DNA of 64,000 nt, taken from assembly GCF_000181795.1 (NCBI RefSeq), contig NW_003526941.1:4243218-4307217 (forward strand). Direction: 5' to 3'. Shown piece by piece: positions 41,101 to 54,093 of the stretch (the stretch's first letter is position 1; each line of letters opens with the position of its first letter). A program made the translations under genes and the position numbers. The notes below the pieces were generated by a model. It was not told the origin of the DNA. It saw nothing but the letters and a program-made list of their open reading frames with translations, and did no database searches. Source of the stretch: Trichinella spiralis. Taxonomy: Eukaryota.

Positions 41101-42306
41101 AAAATCAACCTGCTTAGCTCTTAGATGCGCTTTTCGTTGACTGGAAATCAACTTTTCCAATTGCATCAATTGTGACTCATAAATTTGCGTCACGTCCGAT
41201 TCTGATGTTTCTTCACCAGGCGAAGAATCACAATACGATGAGTCACGTTGTAACGCGGAAAACGGCTCTCTCAAACCCAGCTTTCCGTATTTCGCTTGCG
41301 CAAGCAGCTGTTTAGCTTTTTCCGCTTTTAAAGTTGCAATAGCTACATCCCGAGCTTGCACTTCTCCTTCCAAACAGCAGAGCAAACGCAAAAGATCCGT
41401 TCGGCTTAATTCAGAAACTGACGATACGGGTGTCTAAATGTGGAATGAAAACACAAATGCATAGAATTTTATACTTAATTAACAAATCATATTTAGCGAA
41501 ACTACACAGTATTTTTAATCCAACGTACGTCATGTCATTTAAATTAATTAAATACTTTTGACATTTTGAAAAAAAATTAACGAAAACAAACTGACAGAAA
41601 TTGAAAGAATTTTCTTCATCATGTGAGGATTGCTGCTTAAAATTGAAAAATAACAACTGTTTTTTTCAATTAACTTTTGACAAGAAAATTTAGTTAAGAC
41701 TTAAAAACAACAGGCCAATTTTATTCTTAAGCAGAGACGGCAATCTGTCAGTGAAGTGTTGTAAAATCGCATATTAAGTTAAAATTCTTTTCAACTAGTT
41801 AGTTAGTTAGTTGTACAGTGAACTTTCTTTAACATAAATCAAATGTTTCCAAATAAATTTTCGACTATTCATTCGTGAAGCATTGGGAAACTCTCGTATT
41901 TGCACACATCCTGCTTTTAACTTCACCAACGAGATCTTCTCCCTGTGGTTAGCTTTCAAACAAAAAGAATTAAAACCCAATATTTCTTCTAATCTTTGAA
42001 TAAGGTATATCAAATTACATTAAAGGTCGCGCCTAGCATTTGGCCGATGCAACCGTGAATAACAATGCAGGAATTTTAAAAATTTATGAGAAAACTATTT
42101 TTTACGGGTCGAAAAAGATTGCTGATAGTTAATTGCAATCAAAATTACAGAAAATCTAAACAATAGTCTCAGTAAAACGATGCAACTTGTAAAAAATGAA
42201 AAAAAACAACTGGGTCTGATTTCAAACTCACAGACGATGGCGATTGTGCAGAATCCTCTTCATTTAAATCGTCATTTAGTATCGGTTCTAATGCAGTAGC
42301 GTCCAT
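38144..42306 (-). CDS. CTTNBP2 N-terminal-like / CortBP2-domain coiled-coil protein
   Basis: LSRTDLLRLLCCLEGEVQARDVAIATLKAE...YG...PFSALQRDS is the CortBP2 domain, followed by a coiled coil and a Pro/Gln/His-rich tail. The ends are inferred. Confidence 0.8.
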
Positions 42307-42981
42307 AACATTTGAGAAAAAGATATTTTCTACGTGAACATCAGCGTTCCCTCTAATGCTGTCTGGATTACTGTAATTAAGAAGCACTAGGTACAAATTC
42401 ACAATATTGCTTATAATATGTTTAAATCAGCTTAAAATCCAGATAAGGACTGTTTTAAAGGTTAAACATTGAGAAATATACGTATTTTTGATATAAAAAA
42501 TTATATGCATAAACTTGTGCGAAAACTTTACATTCTAACGAGAATTCATTCATTTGTAGATATTGCAAAGGAAAACTGGCATTATTATGGAAAAATTATG
42601 CATAAGTAAGCATACATTTAAAATACACTTTAAAAGTTATTTTCATGTACATAATTATTAGGCAATCAAGTTGTAGTTGTACGCATTTTCCATCTAAAAG
42701 AATGTGAGAAAACGACAAAAATAAAACAATCAGTCTGTTGACATTCCTTCGCTGTTGAAAATTAAATGTAGTTTGTTTATTTTAAAATTTTATTCTGAGA
42801 TTTTCCTTCGTTTTTTTGCAAATATTTGCGTTGTTCACAAATGATATACGTAACGCAACAGGCAAGGAATTAAGTAAGACAATAGTTTATTTTCACATAG
42901 TAAAATGAACAAAAAATGAAATAAACTGGAAACTTGGACATCTTGTTTATAATAAATCATACATTTCAGTTTAAAATGCAG

Positions 42982-43362
42982 CTACGAAACTTCATCTTCA
43001 TTTGCCATCATATTGGCGATTCCATTAGTGATTTTAAACGGTCTTCCTGTTTCTGGACAATGCATATAACCATCTGTAATCTCAATTTCAAACATCGCAT
43101 GATGAGCCTTCTTCAGAAAATCTTCATTTTCTTCCCAATCAACAGGTTTCTCGTCGGGAAGTTCGTCACTTATATTCAACGAGCGCACTGCACCAGCTAA
43201 AGCACTCCAGTCCAATCGCGCCATCATCTTCTTCACAAGCTCAGCATCGAAAGGCTGTTCCACAATCTCATAAGTACAAGTCGATGACAACTTTAATGGA
43301 TATCCTGTGACTACACCTTTGAGAAATTTTGTCGACAAGAAATTATGCAAAAGTAACTTCAT
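42982..43362 (-). CDS. TRMT112: Multifunctional methyltransferase subunit TRM112 (intronless)
   Basis: MKLLLHNFLS...GYPLKL...CPETGRPFKITNGIANM. Confidence 0.95.
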   Translation of the reverse strand: MKLLLHNFLSTKFLKGVVTGYPLKLSSTCTYEIVEQPFDAELVKKMMARLDWSALAGAVRSLNISDELPDEKPVDWEENEDFLKKAHHAMFEIEITDGYMHCPETGRPFKITNGIANMMANEDEVS

Positions 43363-43797
43363 ATTAACCGTTATAAGAAAAGCTTGATAACAAATTTACA
43401 AAATGATACCAAAGAAATGTGCTGAACGCAACAACAAAGAACGACTACAACCAGCTATGGAAACGTTTAATGAACGAAAGCCCTTATTTTTATGTACAAG
43501 TGTAGTACTGTACTTTTGTTGGTTTAACTAGTTCAAAAAATAAAGTTTGATTGTATAAAAATTCGAAGATAATAATAAAATATTAATAAAATAATTTAAA
43601 ATATTATCATAAATTTGATTTTCAAATGTCAACTTTTTTTCAAATATGTTTTGCTTTACAATTATGCCTACTTTTATGTACTTCTTTGTTGTACTGTAAC
43701 GTTATTTAACGTAGAAACTTTCAAATTCAGTTATAGTTCGACATCGTTGATTTTGAAGCAGATTTTGAAATTATTCGTTTTCTTCTGGTTGTTCAGC
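43363..43797. promoter_or_regulatory. Putative bidirectional promoter between head-to-head TRMT112 and rpn-7
   Basis: Divergent start codons about 435 bp apart. Confidence 0.5.
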
Positions 43798-45834
43798 ATG
43801 GTAAGATTATTTTAAAATACAAATAAAATTGTTTTTTGTTTATGATTAAAGCTAAACAGAAGGAAAAGGGAAGCAAAATATTTTCAAACTTAGTTCAGTA
43901 TCGTAATTGTTTTGGGAAATTTTCTGAATTTGAAAACAGTTTTTGCCATCTTTTATTTTTGTTAACCATTTTAAACAGGTTTTAATAAATAATGTATATT
44001 TTTAAATTTTGCTATATCAAGACAACAATTCGTTGAATTATGTAATTATTAATGTCTTTTGATTTCGTATTTTCCGCATAATTTTTGAATATTAGTATTT
44101 TTTCTTTACGTAACTTTATATGAATTTTTCTGATAGTGCAATTTATTGTTTTTTTTATTGACATTATTGTATTCATATTAGAGAATTGTTTAACAGTTAG
44201 TGATGCACATTTGTTTTTGAATCGCTTAAATTTTTACCTGCATGCAGAATTAATGTATTATTATATTTTTATATGTAGTGTAATGATTAGAAATTAAAAT
44301 TTCATTTTCCGTTTTAACCTAGTCGTCGATAATTTTTTATTTAGCTTTTCTTACTTGAAAATTGTTTTTCAATCAGTGTTTTGTTATTTTCAATCGATAA
44401 TTTACAATATGACACTTTAAGTGTGACATGTTGCAATTATTTCAGTCTTTCGTTACTGTATTGGAAGAATCACAGAAAGCAGAAATTGTAATTAACCCAG
44501 ACTTGAACATTGCTCAGTATCAGTTTCTGTTATGTCATACAGAATATGATCCGAAAAAGAAAATTGAGGTGAAGGAAAAGTTGATGGAAGCAATTACCAA
44601 GAATGAAATGGGGAAATATTACGAATATGTAAGCAAAGTTCTTGGTATTCCAGTAAATAAAGAACTTATGGAAAGATTAACGAAGCAAAATAAAGAAAAG
44701 TTGGAAAAATTTGAAGCGGATATAATCGATGCCGAAAAGAGTCAAGGAGAGTCTGAAGTACGCGATGCTTGGCTGAAAAAAGCAGAATATTTGTCACAGA
44801 TTGGAGACAGAGACGCCAGTTTGAAGGCACTTTCTTATACTTATGACCGTACTGTGGGTGTGGGAAAGCAGATTGATATTATTTTCCATCAAATTCGCAT
44901 TGCTTTGTTTTACATGAATCATGCACTTATCAAAGAAAAATTTCAAGAAGTTCATAAACTTATTGAACAGGTATTGAATTTTTCAATATATTTTTTTCAC
45001 AAACCTGTTCATTTGTTTAAATTTGAATTTAGGGAGGCGATTGGGATAGGAAAAATCGGTTGAAAGCATACGAAGGCTATTATGCTTTAGCAGTTCGAGA
45101 TTTCAAAAAAGCGGCAAGTCTACTGTTGGATGCGGTTTGCACATTTACAAGTTACGAGTTGATCACATACGAAACGCTTGTGTTTTACACCGTTGTAGCT
45201 GCAATGCTTGGCAAGTGATTTTTAAGTATTTATTTTATTTGAAATTATTCATAATTGATTACATTTGTTGCTAGTTTGGTAGTTTCTGAGTTGGTGATTT
45301 TTTGACTTTAAATTCAAAGAAAATACTTTTCATACAATCAAGGCTATTTTAGCTTTAAGCAGAAATGAGCTGCGTGATAAAGTGGTCAATTCTGCAGAGA
45401 TTCGTGAACAGTTGTATTCGCAGCAAGATTTAAGACGCTATTTGCATTCACTGTATGAATGTGACTATGCGGGATTCTTTAGTTGTTTGGCCGATTTAGA
45501 GACCCGAATGAAATTCGATCGCATTTTGGCACCGCATTATACTCACTATTGTAGAATGATGCGCGCTAAAGCATACCAGCAGCTTCTCAGCTCTTACCGC
45601 AGTTTGACATTGCGTTATATGGGCGAAGCATTCGGCGTCAGTCCGCAGTTTATGGATAAAGAATTGCACTATTTCATCAGCAGTGGCCATTTGACATGTA
45701 AAATTGACCGTGTGCGTGGTGTAGTTGAGACGAACCAAGTGAATTCCAAAAACGTACAGTATGCAGCATTAATTCGAGATGGTGATGTTTTATTGAATCG
45801 CATTCAAAAATTGAGCCGAGTTTTCAACAATTAA
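43798..45834 (+). CDS. rpn-7: 26S proteasome non-ATPase regulatory subunit 6 (RPN7)
   Basis: [36 protein letters not shown] and the PCI domain ending [17 protein letters not shown]|gtaag at 43798-43800 splices to the ttcag acceptor at 44444. Confidence 0.93.
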
Positions 45835-48800
45835 ATGATAGAAGTAAATTTTATTTGAAGCAGTTGTGAATAAATTTGGGTTTGAATTTTGTATGCTTTT
45901 TTTTTAAATTATCAGTTATATGAAAATTTTTTATATTTGTTTTTATGTTTAAGAATCGAATTTCAAAACTGAAGTCAACGGTTAAAATATTAATGGTGTT
46001 AAGTAAATCATTCATTGGCTTAAGCAAATTGTGCAACAGTGTGAAAGGAGGAATTTTTAAAAATTACTGAAAAATTTTATCGGTAAGTGAAATGAGAATT
46101 GAAATGATTTTGATTTGGTTTATTTCACTTTTAATGATTGATGGTTCTGTTATTCTCAAATTATTCATTTGTGGTTTTATTTTGAACGCGAATCTTTGTC
46201 AAATTAGCCTATACAGTAGTTATTTGTCATCAGCTTAATGATTTTATTTTCAATTGATTTTCATTTGCAATGGCAAAAATAATTTCTCTTTAGTACATGC
46301 AGTAAAGTTGACTATCTTCTGTAAACTTGAAATGGATCTTTTTCTCAGTTTTTTTCTCTTATTTCTGAACATGCATATCATTTTGTGAAAATTCATAGAA
46401 TATTTTACACTATATAAGTAGTAGTTTAATTTCACTTATTTGAATGCTTCTTTAGTTGAATTGACTATTTTGAAAAAAAAATTATAAGTTACATGTTGCA
46501 ATCTAAAAGTGGTGAATATTTTGGAAAATATGATTTTGTTTCTTTGGTAGAAAGTTTAATTTTAGTCAAACTAGTATCAATAGTTAGTGGAATATTATTT
46601 TCATTCATTGTGAATTTGCTGCTGAAATGATGAAATGACGATTCGCTGATTGCGCAATTGTTTGATAGCTATATTTTCATTTGCAGTAATAAATTGCTCC
46701 ATTTTCCAGTAGTTAATTAGTTAAGAAGAAATGAATTTTAGCTTTGATTATTTGAAATATTTCTTTAAATAATAATGTTTTTTTTTGTTTTCAACTTTTA
46801 TGGAAGTATTGCCTTTTATGTTGATAGTGTAGAACAGTTTCAGTTAGAAATGGCGATTATTAATTAATAACGATTGTTCTAACTTAGTGAAACGGATAAA
46901 ACAGAATTTGTTCAATTGCTGTTTGTTATTAAGTTGTATTGCTGATTACGGCTGACATTTGAAAGTTTAAAATTGAAACAATTGCATGTTGTTGTTCATT
47001 TTAGAACAATTGTGTGTTGATTAGATGACATGTTTATCCCAATATCTGTATACGTTTTCCTATCATCAATTATATTGTATAAGCATATAACTTTAATATT
47101 ATCAGTATCAGATATTATTATAAAGAGCAATTTAGTATTTTTCATATTATTTGTAATCTTTTTGCATAAATTTAAAAGAAAATCTTGATTTTTGAGATGT
47201 TGAGTTTCATGTGCAATTGAGCGTTCATTTACAATCGTTAATGAATACATATATGTATATGTACTTATTTATTTATTTATCCAAAAGAACTACAGTCATA
47301 TAGGTTTCAAACGTTTTTTTTGGTATGAATAATGTATCTTTCAATTAGCTATAATATATTTTTTGCTAGATAGGAAAATCTTGTGCCTTACATTATTTTT
47401 TAACGACCGTTGGATCACAATGCTGTTACTTACATCAGTGTTTTTTTCAAATACAAATATATTTTTTGCAACTATTGCAACATCCCATCTACTATTACGT
47501 CCAAATGAGCTATTTTTATTGATTATAAAACATCTTTTATTGGTTAATTTTCTTTTTTATGAATAATTTCTGTGAAAGTTCAGTTAAGCAATTAAACATT
47601 AATGTTTCGCTATTGCGCTTAATTCTCTTTTCGTTTGTTGCATTCAATTATTCAATGGCTGTTTCATTTCTTAATTAAATGTTGCGTTGTAGAAATGATT
47701 AGTAATCAAGATGTTAATGTAAAAAAGAAAAAAAATATGATTATACTTTATGATAAATGAAAATCTTTCATTCTACTTATGAAAAGTTCACTTTTATTGT
47801 CAATGAAAAGTTTCAGTCAATTCAATCGCAGTCGTGAAAATGAAAACGTTTTGATTTGTGAATTTGAAAAAAATAATAAAAATAAAAGGTGCATATTAAA
47901 ATTCATAAAATATGATACACTTTCAAATTTTCGGGAAAGTATATGGTGCAAAATGAATAATAATTTTATTGAAATATGCTTCCTTATTTTACTGTTTGCT
48001 TTGCTTGCTCTAAATGTCGATATGTTGCATTTAGCTTATTTGTAGAAAATCATTGCTTTATAGTTTTAAAGTAGCTTAATAATTTGTGTTGAAAAAATAT
48101 TTTCTTTTCAAACTTGTGAAGTTATGCTTTTTGTAAATATTGGTAAATGGCTTTCTTTGCATTGAAGTTTTCATGTTTAAAATCTGAAGTACGTTCACGT
48201 CCATGGAGTATTATTGAACATTAATAATCACAAGAGAAATGTACTCACGGCAAAATAAGTGAAGAAAGGTCATTTGATTCTTTATAACTATCTGTTGTTG
48301 AGCTGTAAATTCTCATTTGGTTGCGCTTCATGATGAGACTGACTTTATCATTTAGTGCATAGAATTATGCACTTTGATTTTGTGCAGTAGTATTCATGAA
48401 TAATCTAATTTTATTTTATCAAGGGAAATATTCTGACAGATAAAATTTTTAATAAATTTTATTCTTCTTTAACAGGTGCTTAAATTAATTTTATCATTAT
48501 TATTGTCATTTTATTTTAAACCTCTCTTATGACGTAGCTTGTTCATTGCGTAATTAAATATATGAATGATGAAACCATTTTTGCATGTAGTATTCGTCAA
48601 TTTTGCATTTGTTTTGCCTATAAATGTTAGCTTTACATTTAATTCAAAAATGCTCACATATATGATTTGCACTTTTTTTCTTGAATGTTTTGCTAATATG
48701 TATGCAATTGTGAGTCTTTGCAGAATTTGGAAAAGCGAAAACTTTTTGCAAAGAATATTTTGAAGCCATGTAATAATTTACGGGAAGTTAAGTTAAGTTA

Positions 48801-49080
48801 AGTTAATTTTAAGTTATTTACTACAGACTGTTTGTTCTGCTTTTTGAATTAATACTTTGAAGCTTCTTTTTATTACGAGATAAAAATGAATAAGAAATTT
48901 AATGAAAACGAATTTATGCAGCAGAATTCAAACTATGGCTGCAGTGAGTTAATTGAGTTTCAGTTTTCTATTTTGCTCAAATTTTAATTTGTCGGCAACT
49001 TTTTTGAAATCTATTGACCAGTGTTGGCAAGCTAATTCAACAAACAAATTGACATGAATAATAAAGTGAGAATGAATTGA

Positions 49081-49202
49081 TGACCAATCGGCGCCGAACC
49101 TATCAACATATACCGTCTATGCAAGCGGGGGTCTATTTTACAATGGCTGACCAATCAGATACATCTGAGCTGGATGGGGTGTGGTTCTGGAGCAGATAAA
49201 TA
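49081..49202 (+). promoter_or_regulatory. Two TGACCAATC (CCAAT) boxes and a TATA-like GATAAATA upstream of the neuropeptide ORF
   Basis: TGACCAATC at 49081 and 49148; GATAAATA at about 49195. Confidence 0.45.
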
Positions 49203-49314
49203 CAGCTACTTTCTGACTGTTGGTGCAAATTCAGTCGAGAACTGGTGAGCTTGTGTTGCCTGTGCTGCGCTGATTGTCATTTCCATAAGTTCTAACCAAG
49301 GTCGAACGAGCTGC

Positions 49315-49647
49315 ATGAATACTTCAGGCGGATGGATTTATACGGCGGCGGCACTGCTGTTCGCTTGCAGTGCAGTAGCTTTTACGATAGAGCCAATGAA
49401 TCTTGCTTCACTTGGTACTTCTCGCACAGTTTCTCCCGAGCAGATTGACGTGGCCGACAGTTTCAATTCCATCAATTGCGCTCAAATCGATGAGACAGAT
49501 TTTTGGCTGTGCAAAGGACCCCAGTTTTTGGATAGTCGCACTGGAACGCTACACAGAATGCCACAAGCAGCAAAAAGAAAACTATCTATGCTAACTTATT
49601 CATCACGGCCAAGTGAAACGGACAGACCAATCATTCGGCTTGGCTAA
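49315..49647 (+). CDS. Secreted neuropeptide precursor (C-terminal ...DRPIIRL-amide)
   Basis: Hydrophobic signal peptide, KRK processing site and a terminal Gly amide donor immediately before the stop. AATAAA at about 49841 and 49850. Confidence 0.7.
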   Translation: MNTSGGWIYTAAALLFACSAVAFTIEPMNLASLGTSRTVSPEQIDVADSFNSINCAQIDETDFWLCKGPQFLDSRTGTLHRMPQAAKRKLSMLTYSSRPSETDRPIIRLG

Positions 49648-52600
49648 TTGAACTTGCAGACCTACTAAATTCTTCACTGATCTTATACATGCTTGCGTTT
49701 TGATGTATTAATTGTGATTTTTAAAACAATTTTCATATCTTTATCCATTTTCATTGAAAATCATCACTTTGATTTGCAACTGTACGTTTTTATGTGAACC
49801 TGCATATAAGTATACTGTACAGTGCTATTGGTGCGCATCTAATAAATTGAATAAACGGTTGTTTGTTGTTTTTATAATTGAATTGCATTTTTGCAGTGCA
49901 TTTCCTTTCACTGAATTTTACTATTAATAACATAAACATTTTCTTGATTTTTATCTACACTTTGTTGTTTAATTTTTCACTGTAAAAATGATCGATGAGA
50001 TGAAAATGAATAGCTTGTAATGGATGATTTATTTTTTCACAGAATTTGAATTAACAGAAGCTGTTTAACTTTTGCTTTGAAGTTCTCAATGACACTGTTG
50101 GGAAATTGATAAGACTGGGAAGAATGGTTAGCGTCGGTAAAACGAGGAAAACAACCTAGCAGTTGTTTAAAGTGAGTAAAGTTTAAATGCAGTAGAAATT
50201 CATACTGCAGGAAATATTACTGATCAAAAGGTGTTCGTTTTGTTTTTTCTTTTCATTTTTTGAGAAAGATGCTTTTTCTGATTTCCAACATGTTGCATAA
50301 ATGCAAACTAAGTAAGTAAATTAAAGCAACTATTATCATTTGCATTCATTTTGCGTTGACCTAATCTTTGCTTAATTGTATTTTGAGGTTTGTATTTTGA
50401 AAAATTTGGCCAAATTCATGAAACTAAGCATAGTGAAAAGTAAAAGTAAAAAAATCTTCGCCTTCACTCAATAGACGAGGTAAGAAAATTATGACGCAGT
50501 ATAGTTGGGATTTTAATTCAGTTACAAAATTTATTATTTAAAGTTTTTGCTGAAATACAGTTTCATTTCTTTTAATGCAACGCTGTAATGGTGCGTGTTT
50601 ATCAGATTAGCGGCTTCAGTCTCGACGGGATTTGTATTCATGACATGTATTATTAGTTATCTTTACGATGTTCATGCATTATTGCAGCAATATCAATCTG
50701 AAAATTGAAACCTCTCATCGAATGAGTGTATGTATAAAAAATTTATATTAGAGATGCATATTTTTTATGGTCCTTTTGTTTATTTCTTCCATACATTTTT
50801 AGGGGCTTCTGAAATTAATTTTTCGACTGTTTTATTTATTAAATTAGCGAAGAAATAATTCCAGTGATTTAATAAGAATATTATGCATTAAATGCAATTT
50901 ACACACTTGGCATTTAAAAGATCTCTGAGAATATTCTTCTTCAGAGATCTTTCTTCAACTTCAGAACTTTAAGTTCTCATTTTAATAACAGTTGCTCGCA
51001 TATTACGTGATTATAACAATTGAAATTTTAATTTGTGTGCATGTAAATTAACGAATAGAATATTTTATTTAAAAGCTGGACTTCTAATTCAAGAAGAACT
51101 ATGCAATTAAGTGTAAGCGTTCAGCTCTAACTTTTACTGCATATAGTCAGTCTGTTATGCAAATTTCTAAATTATGCGCATTAGCGTCGTCGGCTGAAAT
51201 TCACTATGACAAAAACTTGCTTACTTCACTGAATTGGCGGCATTTGATTGAACTTTGCTTATTTCGTCATAGCATTAATTAAAGACTCTGTTCTGATTGT
51301 TGCACTTGTTTGATTTATATTTTCTTTTTTATTAGTCTATTTGATGACATTTGTTCGATTTGAAAAACTTTACGTATTTTACTTACTTTTTATATTTCAA
51401 AATTGAATTTTTAATTATATAGTTGGAAACAATTTTATTATTTATAAACATGAACATTTTTTCTTCTTCTGCATTGACGTTCTACTCATTAATCTTTATT
51501 ATTCACTTCAACGGGGTAGAATGAGGCAGCGCACATACCTTTTATGCAGACTGTCTATATTTTATGCAAATCAGCGTCAGTCGTACAGTTAACTTATCAG
51601 AGATGGATAGATAGAGTGTTTGTTTGCTCGTCTTAATTGGCAGCCTTGAACTGCTTATTGTCCGACTTAATGTTGCATTCACTGACGATATTTTACTGCA
51701 TTAGTCAGTATTGAATGTCATTTTAAATGCAAATTATTCCACTAATAATGCATTTCATTGCCTAGCATATAAACAGTCTGCTAAATTAAATTGCAATTAC
51801 TTTCTTTATAGCGCACTTTGACTACGCGACAGTGTGACGCAACGCTGAAACTGTCTCACTTTTATGCAAATATGTTTCATCAATAGCAACGCCCATGTTT
51901 TTCATTCATTGTCTAAACTGGCGCTTCATTTCTTTTGCTTATTCATTTCATAATAATTCCAATATGATTTTTTTTCTGATACCGAAAAATACTCAGCTTT
52001 CTGCATGATGGCTTTCTTACTTTATTGAAATTTTTAAAACAATTTCACAGCACGATAAATCGAACATTTTATTTTATATTTGGAAGTTTTATAGATATGA
52101 AGAATAATGACGAGAAACAAGGATGGATCACAGCAACCACAACTGAATAAGTACAAAACAAAAAGTAAGTGGAGTTTTATTTAAATTTAGATTACGAATA
52201 TCTTCGAAGCAATAACCCTTACTTTAATCAAGTGACCAAAAATTGTTTAAAATTTCAAATAAATAAGACTTCCATGCAACTACGCCAACTGTATCTTCTA
52301 CTCAAAATTCTACTATTTGCATGGATTGGATCAATTTTATTAATATTCATCCATCTCATTTTCCTCTATTTTCATTAATCATATGCATGTTATTTGAAAC
52401 TGTATCAAACTGCTTTTCCACCAATTACTTATTTTTAGTTATAAGAAAGTTATATTTTTGTTTGCTCATCGTAATGCAAAGCAGTCACATTATGACTTAC
52501 TTGTTCCCCAGAACTTTCATGCAAATTTTTGAGCATGGCCTTGACGTTTGTTTACTTTGCAGCCATTGCTCACCACTAGCCAAAACATTTAATATATTGG

Positions 52601-54093
52601 AAAAATTCGCTTAAAATGCTTTTTTCAGTCAACTCAATGGTATCTAGTAGTCGAGGAGAAAATAATAATTGCTATTGTAAAGTTGCAACTCATGTAATCC
52701 TTTTGGTCAGGTTTCAGATTAAAAGTCGTGAAAAGTTTTGTTTGCTCAACGTGCGGAATAGCAGCCACAGTAGGACTTGTTTACCAGAAAATGTATGCAA
52801 ATTTTTATTCCACTGCTATGCGTACGTTTACGGGGCTTTAGTTTCGATGATTGCTCGCCTACGGTGTGCGGTGCGAATTGGATGGCGTTTTCCCTGCGAA
52901 TATTGAAAATCATTGATTGAATAACATTGAAAACGCTTTTCAAGCCGTAAAGTAAGTTTTCAAAATAAAGTTAATTCAATGTTGACGTTTAATGCAGTTT
53001 GGCTTGGTGGAACAGCACTTCGTGAATATTGGTTTTCAAATTTGCGAATCTGCTTTCCTGTAAACGTTAGTCTTATCAGTAGAAGAGCGCCTTCTTTGCC
53101 TAGCTGACGTAGCTTTGCAATAGCAGCATTAGATTACGGTCAATCAGTGAATTTCATTTAATGGAACTGTAGGCTAACGATGTGAGGTGACTGAACAAGG
53201 ACGAGCAAAGACTGGAAAGCGGGATGAATATCTACGAAGCAGATATGTTTTTTGTTTTACTTTATTTCAATTATTATTAAATAATTAATTACGATTTAGA
53301 ATTGCAATAGAAGAACGAGGTGGACTTCAACGATGAGAAGACGCCTATTCAGGGAAATTCGCATTCTTTTTCATTTGATCGTTATTAGTTCGAATTATAG
53401 ATAAAAAATAGATATTGAGTCTGTAACAATATCATTTTGTGAGGTTTCCTTTTAATTGAAAAACAGCAAAATGTTATTTTCCAGAGTGTAATTTTAAAAT
53501 TAACATATTATTTATAACTTTTACTGCGTATTAACGTGAGCATTTGATTTAACGTTTGACATTTTAATAGATTCGAAGAAGAATGAAGACGGGGACCACA
53601 GGAAACAGAACGGAAAACAAAAGGTATGTGTGGTTTCCCGTGGGTCCCTATTCCGTAGATCTCGTGTAGGGATACTTCGAAAGGGTGAAGTTATCCCGTA
53701 GTTTAATTAAGCTAGGGACAAACCTGTATGGTTGAGATTTGAAATAATGCAGGGTTTTGGCTTTGGCGCAGCAAAATCGTTGCACGCAATTGTTTTCATG
53801 AGTCGCAATATTTTGAGATTTTTATTTATTTTCATTTACTGTTTAGCTTAATTTCAAGACATGCATCTTTTTATTGTTTTTATTAATTAAATTATTCTCA
53901 TTTTACCATTTCAAAAAATGATTTGTTTCTTTTCTTAAATTCTTATTATTACATGTTCTTTTTTGATTTTCTTTCTAAAATTACTAGTTATTATTCTTTT
54001 GGTTCTTCTTTATTTTCACATTAATTTTAAACATAGAGACTCATGATGCATTGCATACAAATTCGTTATTATTATGATTAGATTGATTTAGAA

